A stretch of 64,000 bases of DNA from Candidatus Iainarchaeum sp. (GTDB lineage: Archaea > Iainarchaeota > Iainarchaeia > Iainarchaeales > GCA-2688035): assembly GCA_017610175.1 (NCBI GenBank), contig JAFCCO010000006.1, forward strand, positions 10,064 to 74,063. Reading direction: 5' to 3'. The notes under the pieces are model-generated. The model saw only the letters and a list, made by a program, of their open reading frames with translations, was not told the DNA's origin and made no database searches. The position numbers were made by a program, and so were the translations under genes. Positions 47,162-56,516 of the stretch are shown here, one piece after another; the first letter of the stretch is position 1, and each line of letters starts with the position of its first letter.

Positions 47162-48061
47162 ATGTTTTCTCCCGCAAAATCTCTTTTGAGGAAGGCTTCC
47201 AGAAAGGGTTATGCTGTGCCTGCGTTTAATACCTCCAATTTGGAGGTTACTGCTGCATTGTTTGAGGCTGCTGAGAAGGCAAAGTCTCCCTTAATGATTC
47301 AGACAACAGAGTCAAGCATTAGGTATGCCGGCTTTGAGAATTTGTTTTCAATTATTTCAACTTTTGAAAAGCGGGCGGGAATTCCTGTTTGCATTCACCT
47401 TGATCACGGCAAGGACATGAACATAATTAAGAAGTCACTTAAGTTCGGCTACAAGAGCATAATGATTGACGCTTCAAAGTATTCATTCAAGAAAAACATT
47501 GCAATCACCAAGAGGGTTGTTGCTATGGCGAAGAGAAAGGGGTGCAGTGTTGAGGCTGAAATCGGGACTTTGGGGCGGCCTGGCAAAGGGGATTTTACGG
47601 TGCCTGATGAAGCCTGTGAGTTTGTTGAGCGCACCGGGTGCGATTCCCTTGCTGTTGCGATTGGAACAAGCCACGGGGCGCACAAGTTTAAGGGAACCCC
47701 AAAACTTGACCTCCAGCGGTTGAAGCAAATTAATGAGGTTGTAAGTATCCCGCTTGTTCTTCATGGCGCAAGTTCAGTTCCAAAAGGGATTGTTAACAAC
47801 GCAAACAGGTATGGCGCGGCAATAAAACGTGCAAAGGGAGTGCCTGAGGGGCAAATAAAGAAAGCAATAAAGCTTGGAATCGCAAAGATAAACCTTGACA
47901 CTGACTTGAGGTTGGCATTTACGGCATCGCTTCGCGAATTCCTTAAGAAAAACCCTTCACAATTTGATCCAAGAAAGTATCTTGCAAGTTCGGAGGACGC
48001 AGTCAAAGAGCTTGCTTTGGGGAAAATGGCTTTGTTTGGAAGTAGGGGCAAGGCAAGATGA
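47162..48061 (+). CDS. fba: Class II fructose-bisphosphate aldolase
   Basis: AFN, HLDHG, MIDAS, VEAEIG, AIGTSHG, LVLHGAS, KIN.DT. Confidence 0.92.
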   Translation: MFSPAKSLLRKASRKGYAVPAFNTSNLEVTAALFEAAEKAKSPLMIQTTESSIRYAGFENLFSIISTFEKRAGIPVCIHLDHGKDMNIIKKSLKFGYKSIMIDASKYSFKKNIAITKRVVAMAKRKGCSVEAEIGTLGRPGKGDFTVPDEACEFVERTGCDSLAVAIGTSHGAHKFKGTPKLDLQRLKQINEVVSIPLVLHGASSVPKGIVNNANRYGAAIKRAKGVPEGQIKKAIKLGIAKINLDTDLRLAFTASLREFLKKNPSQFDPRKYLASSEDAVKELALGKMALFGSRGKAR

Positions 48062-48756
48062 AGGTTGTCGCACTTTTCTCTGGCGGAAAGGACAGTGTCT
48101 ATGCATTGTTTAACGCAATTAATACCAATCACTCAGTTGTTGCATTGCTTACGGTGAAGTCTTCAAACAAAGAGTCTTTCATCTACCATCTGCCTGCGGT
48201 TGGCTTAACCGAATATTCTGCGGAGGCAATCGGGCTTCCGTTAATTGTCGCTGAAACAAACAAGAAAAAGGGATCTGAACTTGAAGTGCTTGAGCGTGCA
48301 CTTGCGGATATGAAGGAGAGCGTGGGTATTGAGGGCGTTGTTTCTGGTACAGTGGCAAACCAAAACCATAAAGAAATTGTTGATTCAATTTGCAAAAAGC
48401 TTGGGCTTAATCACATTGCCCCGTTGTGGGGCCGCAATAAGGCTGAACTTCTTGTGGAAATGCTGGGGGTTGGTTTTAAGATTGTGATTGTAGGGGTGGC
48501 TGCAAAGGGGCTTGGAAAGGAATTTCTTGGAAAGATTGTTGATGACACCGTGCTTGACAAGCTGATTGAACTTAAAAGCAAGTTTGATGTTAACGTTGCA
48601 GGGGAAAGCGGTGAGTTTGAAACTCTTGTTGTTGACTGCCCGCTTTTCAAAAAGAAGATTGTAATAACTGAAAGTGAAATAGAGTGGGAAGGTTCCTGTG
48701 GGGAACTTATTGCAAAGAGTGCCAAACTTGTCGAAAAAAGTTCTAATTCATTATAA
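48058..48756 (+). CDS. Diphthine--ammonia ligase (Dph6-like PP-loop ATPase)
   Basis: LFSGGKDS, PLWG, AGESGEFETLV.D.P.F. Confidence 0.9.
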   Translation: MKVVALFSGGKDSVYALFNAINTNHSVVALLTVKSSNKESFIYHLPAVGLTEYSAEAIGLPLIVAETNKKKGSELEVLERALADMKESVGIEGVVSGTVANQNHKEIVDSICKKLGLNHIAPLWGRNKAELLVEMLGVGFKIVIVGVAAKGLGKEFLGKIVDDTVLDKLIELKSKFDVNVAGESGEFETLVVDCPLFKKKIVITESEIEWEGSCGELIAKSAKLVEKSSNSL

Positions 48757-50629
48757 TCTGTGCGTAATCGTTTATTACATTGCCAACATCAACGGTGTAA
48801 TCTGTAAGATCCCTATATTGTCCGCCTCCACTTACTGCCATGGATTGCAGGTAAGGTCCCATTGGAACAAGACCCACACGCATTGAGTGCACAACAACCC
48901 CGTCTGCGTGAAGTAGGGCTGCTTCATTGTTGGGGTCAAATGTATTGCCCTCGCTTTCCCCGTCCCCGATTAGTACAATGCATTTTTTTATGGCATCCGG
49001 GCTCCATTTGAAGCTTCCCCGCACCGCATTGAGGACATCGCCCCATCGCTCATCCCATCCGTTGCTGTTTATTGTGCCGATTGTGTAAATAAAGCTTCTG
49101 TTGCGTTTTGTTGCCTCTTTGCCTAGGCGAGTCACAAGGCTGTTTGCAAGATCAAGGTAGGATGTCATGCTGCCGCTGTCGTCTATTATAAAGCGGCATT
49201 CAACGGCAGAGCCCCCATCCGGGTTTACAACTTTCTTTATGAGTGTGCTTGGCGGCATGAGGCCTGGCAGGGTTTCTGTTGGGGGCTTCTTTGGCGGTTC
49301 GGGCTTTGGAGGCGGCAGGTTAATTGTAATTTCAGCTTTGTTGTTTTCATAATTTGTTTCAACAAGCTTTTTGTCTGCGTTGACTATTACGGTTATGCTG
49401 TGTGTGCCAAAATCCAGATCAAGTGCAATTTTTTTCTCAATCTTGCGTTCTGAATCATTTATGTTGTCTGCGTCAATGTTTTCATTAAACAGTTCACGCT
49501 GGCTTCCCTGTCCATAGTCCTTAAATATCTGGATTGAAAAATCTGACTTTGTTGCGGTTTTGCGTAAATTAACAATGTTGAAGCTAATTATTGCGTCGGC
49601 ATTGTTTAGGTCTGTTACTGCAAGGTCGATTGGGCAAAGGCTTTCGTCCAGAAATACTTCCACAAGATTGGTGCCCAGGCCGCTGGTTACTGCAAGTTTG
49701 AGGTCAACATCCACGGTTTCACTGCCAACCATTATGCTGCTTATGTTTGTGGTTACTTGCTCTTCACATTGGCTGCTTAGAAGGCAGCTTTCGCAGCTGC
49801 AATTGGTTTTGCATTTTCCAAACTCAGTCCACGGTTGTGTGCATTGAGTTGCAGAGCAGCCTCTTGAACCCGTTGCTTCAAATTCAAGCGTTTGTTTTTC
49901 GTAGCCGCCGTTTTCACCTTTTATGAAGAGGTCAATTTCATATTTGCCTGGGTAGCCCGCATTTATTTCGATTGTTTTTTCAAGTTTTTCCCCTGCATCA
50001 AGTTTGTCAAAGCTCTCTTCCACTAAACCTTTTCCAATATAGCGCCGTTTCCACTGTGTTCCCTCCAAATATCTTTCGTAAAGTTCGGCCTTAATTTCCC
50101 CTGAAAGCATTGATACCCGTCCTGAATTTTTAATTTCAAGTTTCAATTTTGCAGGCCCTTCTGCCAGGTTTATTTCCTTTTGTATTTCTGCTTTCTTAAC
50201 TTCAACTTGTGCGGGCTTTTTTCCTAAATATATTTTGCAAACAAAAATCGTATTTTCATATGTGCATCTTGTTGTTGTTTCAATGTCAATGCGTTCCTTT
50301 ACCTCAACGTATCTTTCGCTCCATGCGACTTTGTTTGTGCAGTTTTCGTCCCTTTGGCCAATATCACAGCACAGCACCCCATCATTGCATTCGAATGCAA
50401 CACTTCTGTTGTCAGAATCAAATGTTGCGCCTGTCATAACTATTTCGGGAAAGGTTGCATTTTCAGTAATTCCTGTTCCGCGGCTTGTTTCCGCCACCGC
50501 AAGATTTTTGGTTAGAAGATCAATCGGGTCAGTTGTTCTGAAGAAGAAGGGTTGAATAACCGCGAAGAATACTGCGAGAATTGCAACCGCGGCAAGGGCG
50601 TAAACAAGCAGTTTGAATGGTCCGTCCAT
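48743..50629 (-). CDS. Surface protein: N-terminal TM/signal, Cys-rich and CARDB-like segments, Pro linker, C-terminal vWA domain
   Basis: ETNYENN (CARDB-like), PPPKPEPPKKPP, IDDSGSM (MIDAS), LIGDG. Confidence 0.75.
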   Translation of the reverse strand: MDGPFKLLVYALAAVAILAVFFAVIQPFFFRTTDPIDLLTKNLAVAETSRGTGITENATFPEIVMTGATFDSDNRSVAFECNDGVLCCDIGQRDENCTNKVAWSERYVEVKERIDIETTTRCTYENTIFVCKIYLGKKPAQVEVKKAEIQKEINLAEGPAKLKLEIKNSGRVSMLSGEIKAELYERYLEGTQWKRRYIGKGLVEESFDKLDAGEKLEKTIEINAGYPGKYEIDLFIKGENGGYEKQTLEFEATGSRGCSATQCTQPWTEFGKCKTNCSCESCLLSSQCEEQVTTNISSIMVGSETVDVDLKLAVTSGLGTNLVEVFLDESLCPIDLAVTDLNNADAIISFNIVNLRKTATKSDFSIQIFKDYGQGSQRELFNENIDADNINDSERKIEKKIALDLDFGTHSITVIVNADKKLVETNYENNKAEITINLPPPKPEPPKKPPTETLPGLMPPSTLIKKVVNPDGGSAVECRFIIDDSGSMTSYLDLANSLVTRLGKEATKRNRSFIYTIGTINSNGWDERWGDVLNAVRGSFKWSPDAIKKCIVLIGDGESEGNTFDPNNEAALLHADGVVVHSMRVGLVPMGPYLQSMAVSGGGQYRDLTDYTVDVGNVINDYAQIIMN

Positions 50630-50881
50630 TTAGCTCCGCCTCCGGCGCGGTTTTGCTTCGGCGTGGAGAGTCCACTGCAATAATTTTGTTAATAGGGCTG
50701 CAACAATTGCGCCGACCAGGAACAGAATTGCAAGTTCTTCAATGCGGCCCGTTCTCAGGAAAGGCAGGGTAAAGTCACCGCTCCAGTCTGTCCACGCAAG
50801 TCTTACAAAAACCACTATTGCAAAGGCAACCAGTACGATTACAACGCTTTTGGTGGAGAGCAGAATGTGCTTTAATCCCAT
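50630..50881 (-). CDS. Small 2-TM membrane protein
   Basis: Two hydrophobic helices, basic tail; abuts the vWA gene. Confidence 0.65.
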   Translation of the reverse strand: MGLKHILLSTKSVVIVLVAFAIVVFVRLAWTDWSGDFTLPFLRTGRIEELAILFLVGAIVAALLTKLLQWTLHAEAKPRRRRS

Positions 50882-50969
50882 GCAGTTTATAAGGGCAGAA
50901 CTAGTATAAAAAAATTCCTAGGCTCTTTTTGCAAACTTATTTAATCTCGTTTGCCCTATTTTCTTTTAC

Positions 50970-51245
50970 ATGGTGGGTATTAGGGATCTTGAGAATGAAA
51001 TAGCCCTGATTAAGGAACGCAATGCATTGGTTGAGTCTGACAAAGCGTGGGAAACAAGTATTTTAAGGAGGGGTTTGCTCACACTTTTTACCTATCTTGC
51101 GGGGGGGGGGGGTTTTTATCTTAATGCAATAAACATTTCACAGGCCTGGCTTAATGCAATTGTGCTGGCTGTTGGATTTATGCTTTCCACTCTTACTTTG
51201 CCTTTTTTTAAGTTCCTTTGGTTAAACCACGTATTCAAAAAATAG
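50970..51245 (+). CDS. Small membrane protein containing a G12 tract
   Basis: ERN..VE.DKAWETS..RR pattern, two TMs; G12 at 51101-51112. Confidence 0.7.
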   Translation: MVGIRDLENEIALIKERNALVESDKAWETSILRRGLLTLFTYLAGGGGFYLNAINISQAWLNAIVLAVGFMLSTLTLPFFKFLWLNHVFKK

Positions 51246-51251
51246 CCGCTC

Positions 51252-53093
51252 TTACTCTGCTTTCACATGCTTTTGTGCCTTGAACATTGAAACAACTTCT
51301 TTTGCTGTTGTGGCTTGTTCAGGGGTCTTGTCGCTTCTCAGTTTAATCATTCTTGGGAATCTCAATGCAAGCCCTGCCTCTTTTTCCCTTGCGGCTGTGT
51401 GCATTGGGCTCTTTGTTATTTCGTCTGCAATTACCTCTATTACATATTTTGGCAAAACCCAAAAGTCCGGCTTTATTTCACATTCAACGCGTGCCGGTTT
51501 TCCCTTGCTTTGAATTTTGCTGAGTATTTTTTCAAGTTCAGTCAAATCGTCTTCCTTCATCCCGGTTCCAATCTTTGCAATGCTTTGGAATGAATCGCTT
51601 TTCTTGTTGTAAATTGCGGTAAGGAGCGCGCCCAGCCCAAACTTTGTTCTCTTTCCCTTTCCCTTAAAGTAGCCGATTATTGCAACGTCCACGCTGTCTG
51701 TAAGTTCGCCCTTGTAGCTTCTCTTTAATTTTATCCATGCAAACTTTCTTGCCCCCGCAATATAGCTTGCGTTTAGGTCCTTTGCAATTATTCCCTCCAG
51801 CCCCTTTTCCACATTTTCCTCAAAGAACTCGTCTATTTCCTCCGGATTGTCGGTGGTAATTGATTTGGTAAGTTCTATTGCATCCCCCTTTGCAATGAGG
51901 CCATCGAGTATTTTTCGCCTTTCCTTAAAGCTTTCCCCCATTACGTTCTTTCCCTCCAAATACATTACATCGAAAACGAACAGTTTCAGCGGGAATTCCT
52001 CTGCCATCTTCTTTATTTCATATTTTCTTTTTCTTTGGATTGTTACCTGGAAGGGCTGGAATTCTTCGCTTTGCTCGTTGAACGCAAGTGCTTCTCCCTC
52101 TATTATTGCGTCCTTTGCCCTAACCTGCTTTTTAATTCCCTCAACAACTTCGGGGAACATTGGGGTCATTTCCTCCATTTTTCGGCTGAAAATTCTTATC
52201 TTGTCCCCTTTTTTGTGAATCTGAATACGGAAACCATCATATTTTGCTTCTACAGCGCACTTTCCAAGCTTTTTCACAATCTCTTTGGCTGAGGGAAGCC
52301 TTTCTGCAAGTGTTGGCCTTATGGGAATTCCGGGCTCAATTTTTACATCGTCCAATCCCTTCAATCCCTTTTTCTTCAAAAGCTCTGCGATAAATCCAAG
52401 GTCCGGCTTGATGTTATATTTTTCCTCAATAAGTTCCCTGATTCGCATCTTTGCCTTTCTGGCAAGCTCTTCTTTTCTTTTTTCTTCCTTTTTTTCCTTG
52501 AGCTGTTTTTCAACCTGTTTGAATTCTTTTGGAAGAAATTTTTCAAAGTTTGAAATCAGGTTTATTGCGAACGCGTCCATAAATGTCGGGTCTCCAACTC
52601 CAAGGCGAAGCCTCTCCATTGGGACACGGGTTATGAATTTTGCCTCAAGTGGTGAGGCACTGTTTAAGAGTTCTGCGAGAAGCTTTATTTTTAGTTCCTG
52701 GCTTCCCCTTCCTGAGGCTTTTGCAATTTTCAATAAGTTTGCGAAAACTTTTTTGAGCGAGAGTTTTTCACTGAACAGGGCGCGCTGCTTTTTTTTGGAG
52801 ATTAGTTCCTGTGCAACGAGCCCCAGGTCTCCGAGTTTTTTGTAAGTTGCATTTACTTCTTTGCGGGGGTAGCCGCTTATTTTTGCGATTGATTCCTCAA
52901 TATAGTTTTCGCCCATCCCCACATTTATGGATTCATAGCTTGGGCCAAGCTGCCCCTGAAGCAGGTAAATTAGCCAGGGTATTTCCGATTCAGGTGTTTT
53001 TTCAAAAAATTCCGCCAGCAGTGAGGTCATTTCAAGCCTGGATGAAGCATTTTCCAGGGTTTCAAAGAGCTTTGCGGCCTTTTCAAAATCCAT
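51252..53093 (-). CDS. lig: ATP-dependent DNA ligase
   Basis: EAKYDGFR, EGE, FDVMY, EGIIAK, WIKLK, LRFPR. Confidence 0.97.
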   Translation of the reverse strand: MDFEKAAKLFETLENASSRLEMTSLLAEFFEKTPESEIPWLIYLLQGQLGPSYESINVGMGENYIEESIAKISGYPRKEVNATYKKLGDLGLVAQELISKKKQRALFSEKLSLKKVFANLLKIAKASGRGSQELKIKLLAELLNSASPLEAKFITRVPMERLRLGVGDPTFMDAFAINLISNFEKFLPKEFKQVEKQLKEKKEEKRKEELARKAKMRIRELIEEKYNIKPDLGFIAELLKKKGLKGLDDVKIEPGIPIRPTLAERLPSAKEIVKKLGKCAVEAKYDGFRIQIHKKGDKIRIFSRKMEEMTPMFPEVVEGIKKQVRAKDAIIEGEALAFNEQSEEFQPFQVTIQRKRKYEIKKMAEEFPLKLFVFDVMYLEGKNVMGESFKERRKILDGLIAKGDAIELTKSITTDNPEEIDEFFEENVEKGLEGIIAKDLNASYIAGARKFAWIKLKRSYKGELTDSVDVAIIGYFKGKGKRTKFGLGALLTAIYNKKSDSFQSIAKIGTGMKEDDLTELEKILSKIQSKGKPARVECEIKPDFWVLPKYVIEVIADEITKSPMHTAAREKEAGLALRFPRMIKLRSDKTPEQATTAKEVVSMFKAQKHVKAE

Positions 53094-53165
53094 GTATAAA
53101 GTAATGAATGAAGTTATTTAATAGGTTAATTTTGGGAAAAGAAGGGGGTGCTGCGGCAGCATAGT

Positions 53166-53423
53166 CTAGAGTGCCGCCGCAAGCAATTTTTCCCCTTCAT
53201 GTGCCTCCTTGAGTGCGAGGTATTCGTAGGCTTTCTGAAGCGTAAGAATTGCTTTGGGTAAATCACTGGTATTTAGCGAGTTGCTTGATTTCCACTCGCC
53301 GTCCTTGTCCTTGTAGCTTCTTTGTATTGAAACTGTATTGAATTTTGCACCTTCCTTTCCGTCATTCTCCCAAATCGCGACCTGAACCGCGCCGGCAGAA
53401 AATTTCTTTACTGGATTACTCAT
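53166..53423 (-). CDS. Small putative single-stranded nucleic-acid-binding protein (PC4-like)
   Basis: PVKKF.AG.V.VAIWEN, RSYKDKDGEWK, DLPKA; ATG 53423 follows GGAGGTG. Confidence 0.65.
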   Translation of the reverse strand: MSNPVKKFSAGAVQVAIWENDGKEGAKFNTVSIQRSYKDKDGEWKSSNSLNTSDLPKAILTLQKAYEYLALKEAHEGEKLLAAAL

Positions 53424-53468
53424 CTCCCCCACCTCCTTGTGAGATGAAACTTTGTAAGCCTTAAGCTA

Positions 53469-53497
53469 TGCTAAGAAGCCCGCGTAGGCTTTTAGCA
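53469..53497. promoter_or_regulatory. Stem-loop upstream of the PC4-like gene
   Basis: TGCTAA(G)AAGCC-cgcgta-GGCTTTTAGCA. Confidence 0.45.
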
Positions 53498-53692
53498 GTC
53501 CTTTTTGTTTCCACAAACCTGCACAATCTGAATGCAACCATTTTCTATCACCTCTGCAATAGATTGCGCGCGGCGCTATTTAAAGGCCACGAAAGAGAGT
53601 GGATTTCCACTAATATTTTCCCTGTAATTGCTTCCGGTGTTTTTCTGCAGCGGCACTAAAACTATTTAAACAACCTTGAACTTTATTTTAAC

Positions 53693-55078
53693 ATGCCTAA
53701 GCTCCCACTGCCCTCTGGAAGACGTGTTGGAATAATCCATTCCCAGCTTTTGTGCATTGACGGGGTCTCACTTGAAACCGCAAAGTGGCTCAAAGCCTAT
53801 AGGGCACTTGGGGACAAGGTTTTTCTTGTTGCGGGAAAGTTCTGCACAGAGCCAAAGGTTCCCTACAAAGTGATTCCGGAGCTTGCGCTTGACCACCCGA
53901 CTGTTGCGGCAATAAAGAAAATGGCTTTTGAGGCTCCGCTTGATGACGAGGAAATAAGGGCACTGCGCGGTTTGATTAATTCAACAGCGCGAAAGATAAA
54001 GCCCCAGCTCAAGGAATTCATTCAGCGCAACGGAATCAATGTTTTAAGCATTGAAAATGTTCTTGCAATCCCCGCAAATATTCCGCTTGGTGTTGCGCTC
54101 AAGGACATAATTGAGGAGCTAAACATTCCAACCATTATGAGGCACCACGACTTTTTTTGGGAGAGAAGCTATTACATCAAGTACAACAATGTTCCGGACA
54201 TTCTTGGAAAGGCCTTCCCGCCAAAACTGAACAGGATTAGGCATGTTACAATCAGCAAGGTTGCACAGCAGGATTTTTTGAGATGGACAGGGGTTGACAG
54301 CATGGTTATTGAGAACGCGGTTGACTTTTCAAAAATCGCTTCAATTGACAATTACAACAAGGACTTTAGGAAAGAATTGGGTGTTGAAAAGGCACAGCTG
54401 CTTTTGCTTCAGCCGACAAGAATTATGGAAAGAAAGCGTATTGAACGGAGCATTCAGTTTGCTGCAGAAATCAACAAGGCCTACAAGGACAAAAACAAGT
54501 GTGCCCTGCTAATCACTGGCCCCACAGCCGGTTCTGAAAGCAAGGATTACTTTGAATTGCTTGTTAAAACGGCAAGGGGGCTTTCTGTTGATGTCATCTT
54601 TGGCTCGGACCGAATTTACCTGCACCGAATGGAGCGGGATGGAAAAAAGATTTACAGCATTGACGACGCTTACGCCAACTCGGACATGATTTGCTTTCCA
54701 AGTGATATTGAGGGCTTTGGGAATGTTGTTATTGAGGCCGCGGCTTACAAAAAACCACTTTTTGTAAACAATTACCCTGTGCTTCGTGAGATTAAGTCAA
54801 AGGGATTTGATTTTATTGAAATGAACGGAACTCTTGACAAGCCTGTAATTGACCTCGCTTTGGCAATTCTCAAAAACAAAAAAAAGCGGGAGGAAATGAT
54901 GGAGAAAAATTTTGCTGTTGCCCGCGAACACTACTCAATTGAGGCACTTGAGGCCCATCTTGAGCAGATTACCAGTGAAGTTGACAAATGGACCTTTGAA
55001 AGGATGGTTTCAGAAATAAATGCGGCCATTTACCGGATTACACACAGCATGATGGACCTTATTTTTAGGAAAAAATAG
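53693..55078 (+). CDS. GT4 glycosyltransferase, mannosylglucosylglycerate synthase-like
   Basis: DGVSLETAKW, HHDFFWER, LQPTRI..RK.IE, PS..EGFGN...EA. Confidence 0.8.
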   Translation: MPKLPLPSGRRVGIIHSQLLCIDGVSLETAKWLKAYRALGDKVFLVAGKFCTEPKVPYKVIPELALDHPTVAAIKKMAFEAPLDDEEIRALRGLINSTARKIKPQLKEFIQRNGINVLSIENVLAIPANIPLGVALKDIIEELNIPTIMRHHDFFWERSYYIKYNNVPDILGKAFPPKLNRIRHVTISKVAQQDFLRWTGVDSMVIENAVDFSKIASIDNYNKDFRKELGVEKAQLLLLQPTRIMERKRIERSIQFAAEINKAYKDKNKCALLITGPTAGSESKDYFELLVKTARGLSVDVIFGSDRIYLHRMERDGKKIYSIDDAYANSDMICFPSDIEGFGNVVIEAAAYKKPLFVNNYPVLREIKSKGFDFIEMNGTLDKPVIDLALAILKNKKKREEMMEKNFAVAREHYSIEALEAHLEQITSEVDKWTFERMVSEINAAIYRITHSMMDLIFRKK

Positions 55079-55222
55079 GCCCATGGAATGGTTTAAATAG
55101 GTTTCTTAATCCAAATCTAATTGATTCAATATGACAGGTGAATGTCTTCCAGTACTCTGATTTTACTTTTGCATATTCACCGGAACGTATTTTAATCCTT
55201 AATTCGGTAAAAGCTTATGTAT

Positions 55223-55297
55223 GGGACTGTGGTGTAGCCTGGTCTAGCATTGTGGCTTTGGGAGCCTCCGACTCCGGTTCAAATCCGGGCAGTCCCA
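55223..55297 (+). tRNA. tRNA-Pro(TGG)
   Basis: GGGACTG...GTGGC-TTTGGGA-GCCTC...GGTTCAAATCC. Confidence 0.93.
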
Positions 55298-55320
55298 CTC
55301 AATTTTACCTGTTTAAAGAG

Positions 55321-55395
55321 GGGGCTGTAGTCTAGTTTGGTCTAGGATCCCAGCTCGGGGAGCTGGTGACGGGAGTTCGAATCTCCCCGGCCCCA
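55321..55395 (+). tRNA. tRNA-Pro(GGG), C at position 33
   Basis: GGGGCTG...CCAGC-TCGGGGA-GCTGG...GTTCGAATC. Confidence 0.88.
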
Positions 55396-55436
55396 AATCT
55401 TAATTAACAAGTTTGGTGTTATTTGGTTGGATTGAT

Positions 55437-56510
55437 ATGGCAAAAAAGAAGAAAACAAGTGTGCTGAATTGGTTTGGAACGCACACCTTCCACCACAGCA
55501 AATTTGAAGACATAAAGAGACTGGTTAAGCTCAAGGAAGAGCAGGGCAAGAAGATTTCGGTTGGAATTCCAACACTAAACGAGGAAGACAACATAGGCAA
55601 CGTAATTTCAAACCTAATGCCCTTGGTTGAAAAAGAATACCTTGTGGACGAGGTTGCAGTAATTGATTCAGGAAGCACGGATGCGACCTGTGACATCGCA
55701 AGAGAATTTGGGGCAAAGGTTTTTGTTGCGGAAAAACACCTCAAGGGCGAAGGGGTTTTCTTTCACAAGGGAGAGAATTTGTGGAAAAGCCTGCACATGC
55801 TAAAAGGGGACATTATCTGCTGGGTTGACGCAGACATCAAAAACATTCATCCAAAATGGGTTTACGGATTAACAGGCCCGCTTCTTGAAAACGAGGAAAT
55901 CGGTTATGCAAAAGCATTCTACGAAAGGCCAATTTGGGCAGCGGACGGAAAGTTGCAGAGCACAGGCGGGGGCAGAACAACGGAAATTTTTTCCAGGCCA
56001 ATGTTCAACGTTTTCTTTCCGGAATTGACTGGAATAATCCAGCCGCTCAGCGGAGAATATGCAGGCAAGCGGGAAATTCTAGAAAAGCTTCCTTTCTTTA
56101 TTGGATACGGGGTTGAAACAGGTTTGCTTATTGACATTGTTGAAAAATTTGGGCTCAACGCAATCTGCCAGGTTGACCTGGATGCGCGCATTCACCGGAA
56201 CCAAACAACCAAGGCGCTTGGAAGGCAGGCGTTCGGGCTGCTGCAGGTCTTTTTGCACCGCGTCCCAGAACTCAAGTCAAAGCTCAAGGACTTTAACGGG
56301 GTGTTCAGGTTTCCTGAAACACAGCTTAACAAAAAAGGCGAGAAAGAGTACTTCCTCAGCGAAAAGGAAATTAATGAAGTTGAAAGGCCGCCGATTCACA
56401 AGGTTTCAGAATACAATATCAGAAAAGGGTTTGAAAATGATTTGCTTGCAAAGCTTTCCGGGATGCTTTGGAACGTGAAAAAAGGGCTTAAGGAAAAAAA
56501 AGAAGAGTGA
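55437..56510 (+). CDS. gpgS: Glucosyl-3-phosphoglycerate synthase
   Basis: IPTLNEE, IDSGSTD, KGENLWKSL, DAD, KAFYERP, GGGR.TE, IQPLSGEYAG, GYGVE. Confidence 0.9.
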   Translation: MAKKKKTSVLNWFGTHTFHHSKFEDIKRLVKLKEEQGKKISVGIPTLNEEDNIGNVISNLMPLVEKEYLVDEVAVIDSGSTDATCDIAREFGAKVFVAEKHLKGEGVFFHKGENLWKSLHMLKGDIICWVDADIKNIHPKWVYGLTGPLLENEEIGYAKAFYERPIWAADGKLQSTGGGRTTEIFSRPMFNVFFPELTGIIQPLSGEYAGKREILEKLPFFIGYGVETGLLIDIVEKFGLNAICQVDLDARIHRNQTTKALGRQAFGLLQVFLHRVPELKSKLKDFNGVFRFPETQLNKKGEKEYFLSEKEINEVERPPIHKVSEYNIRKGFENDLLAKLSGMLWNVKKGLKEKKEE

Positions 56511-56516
56511 ATTGAA

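Noticed and set aside
55138-55335. 65-aa ORF
   Set aside because: Runs through the tRNA-Pro genes.
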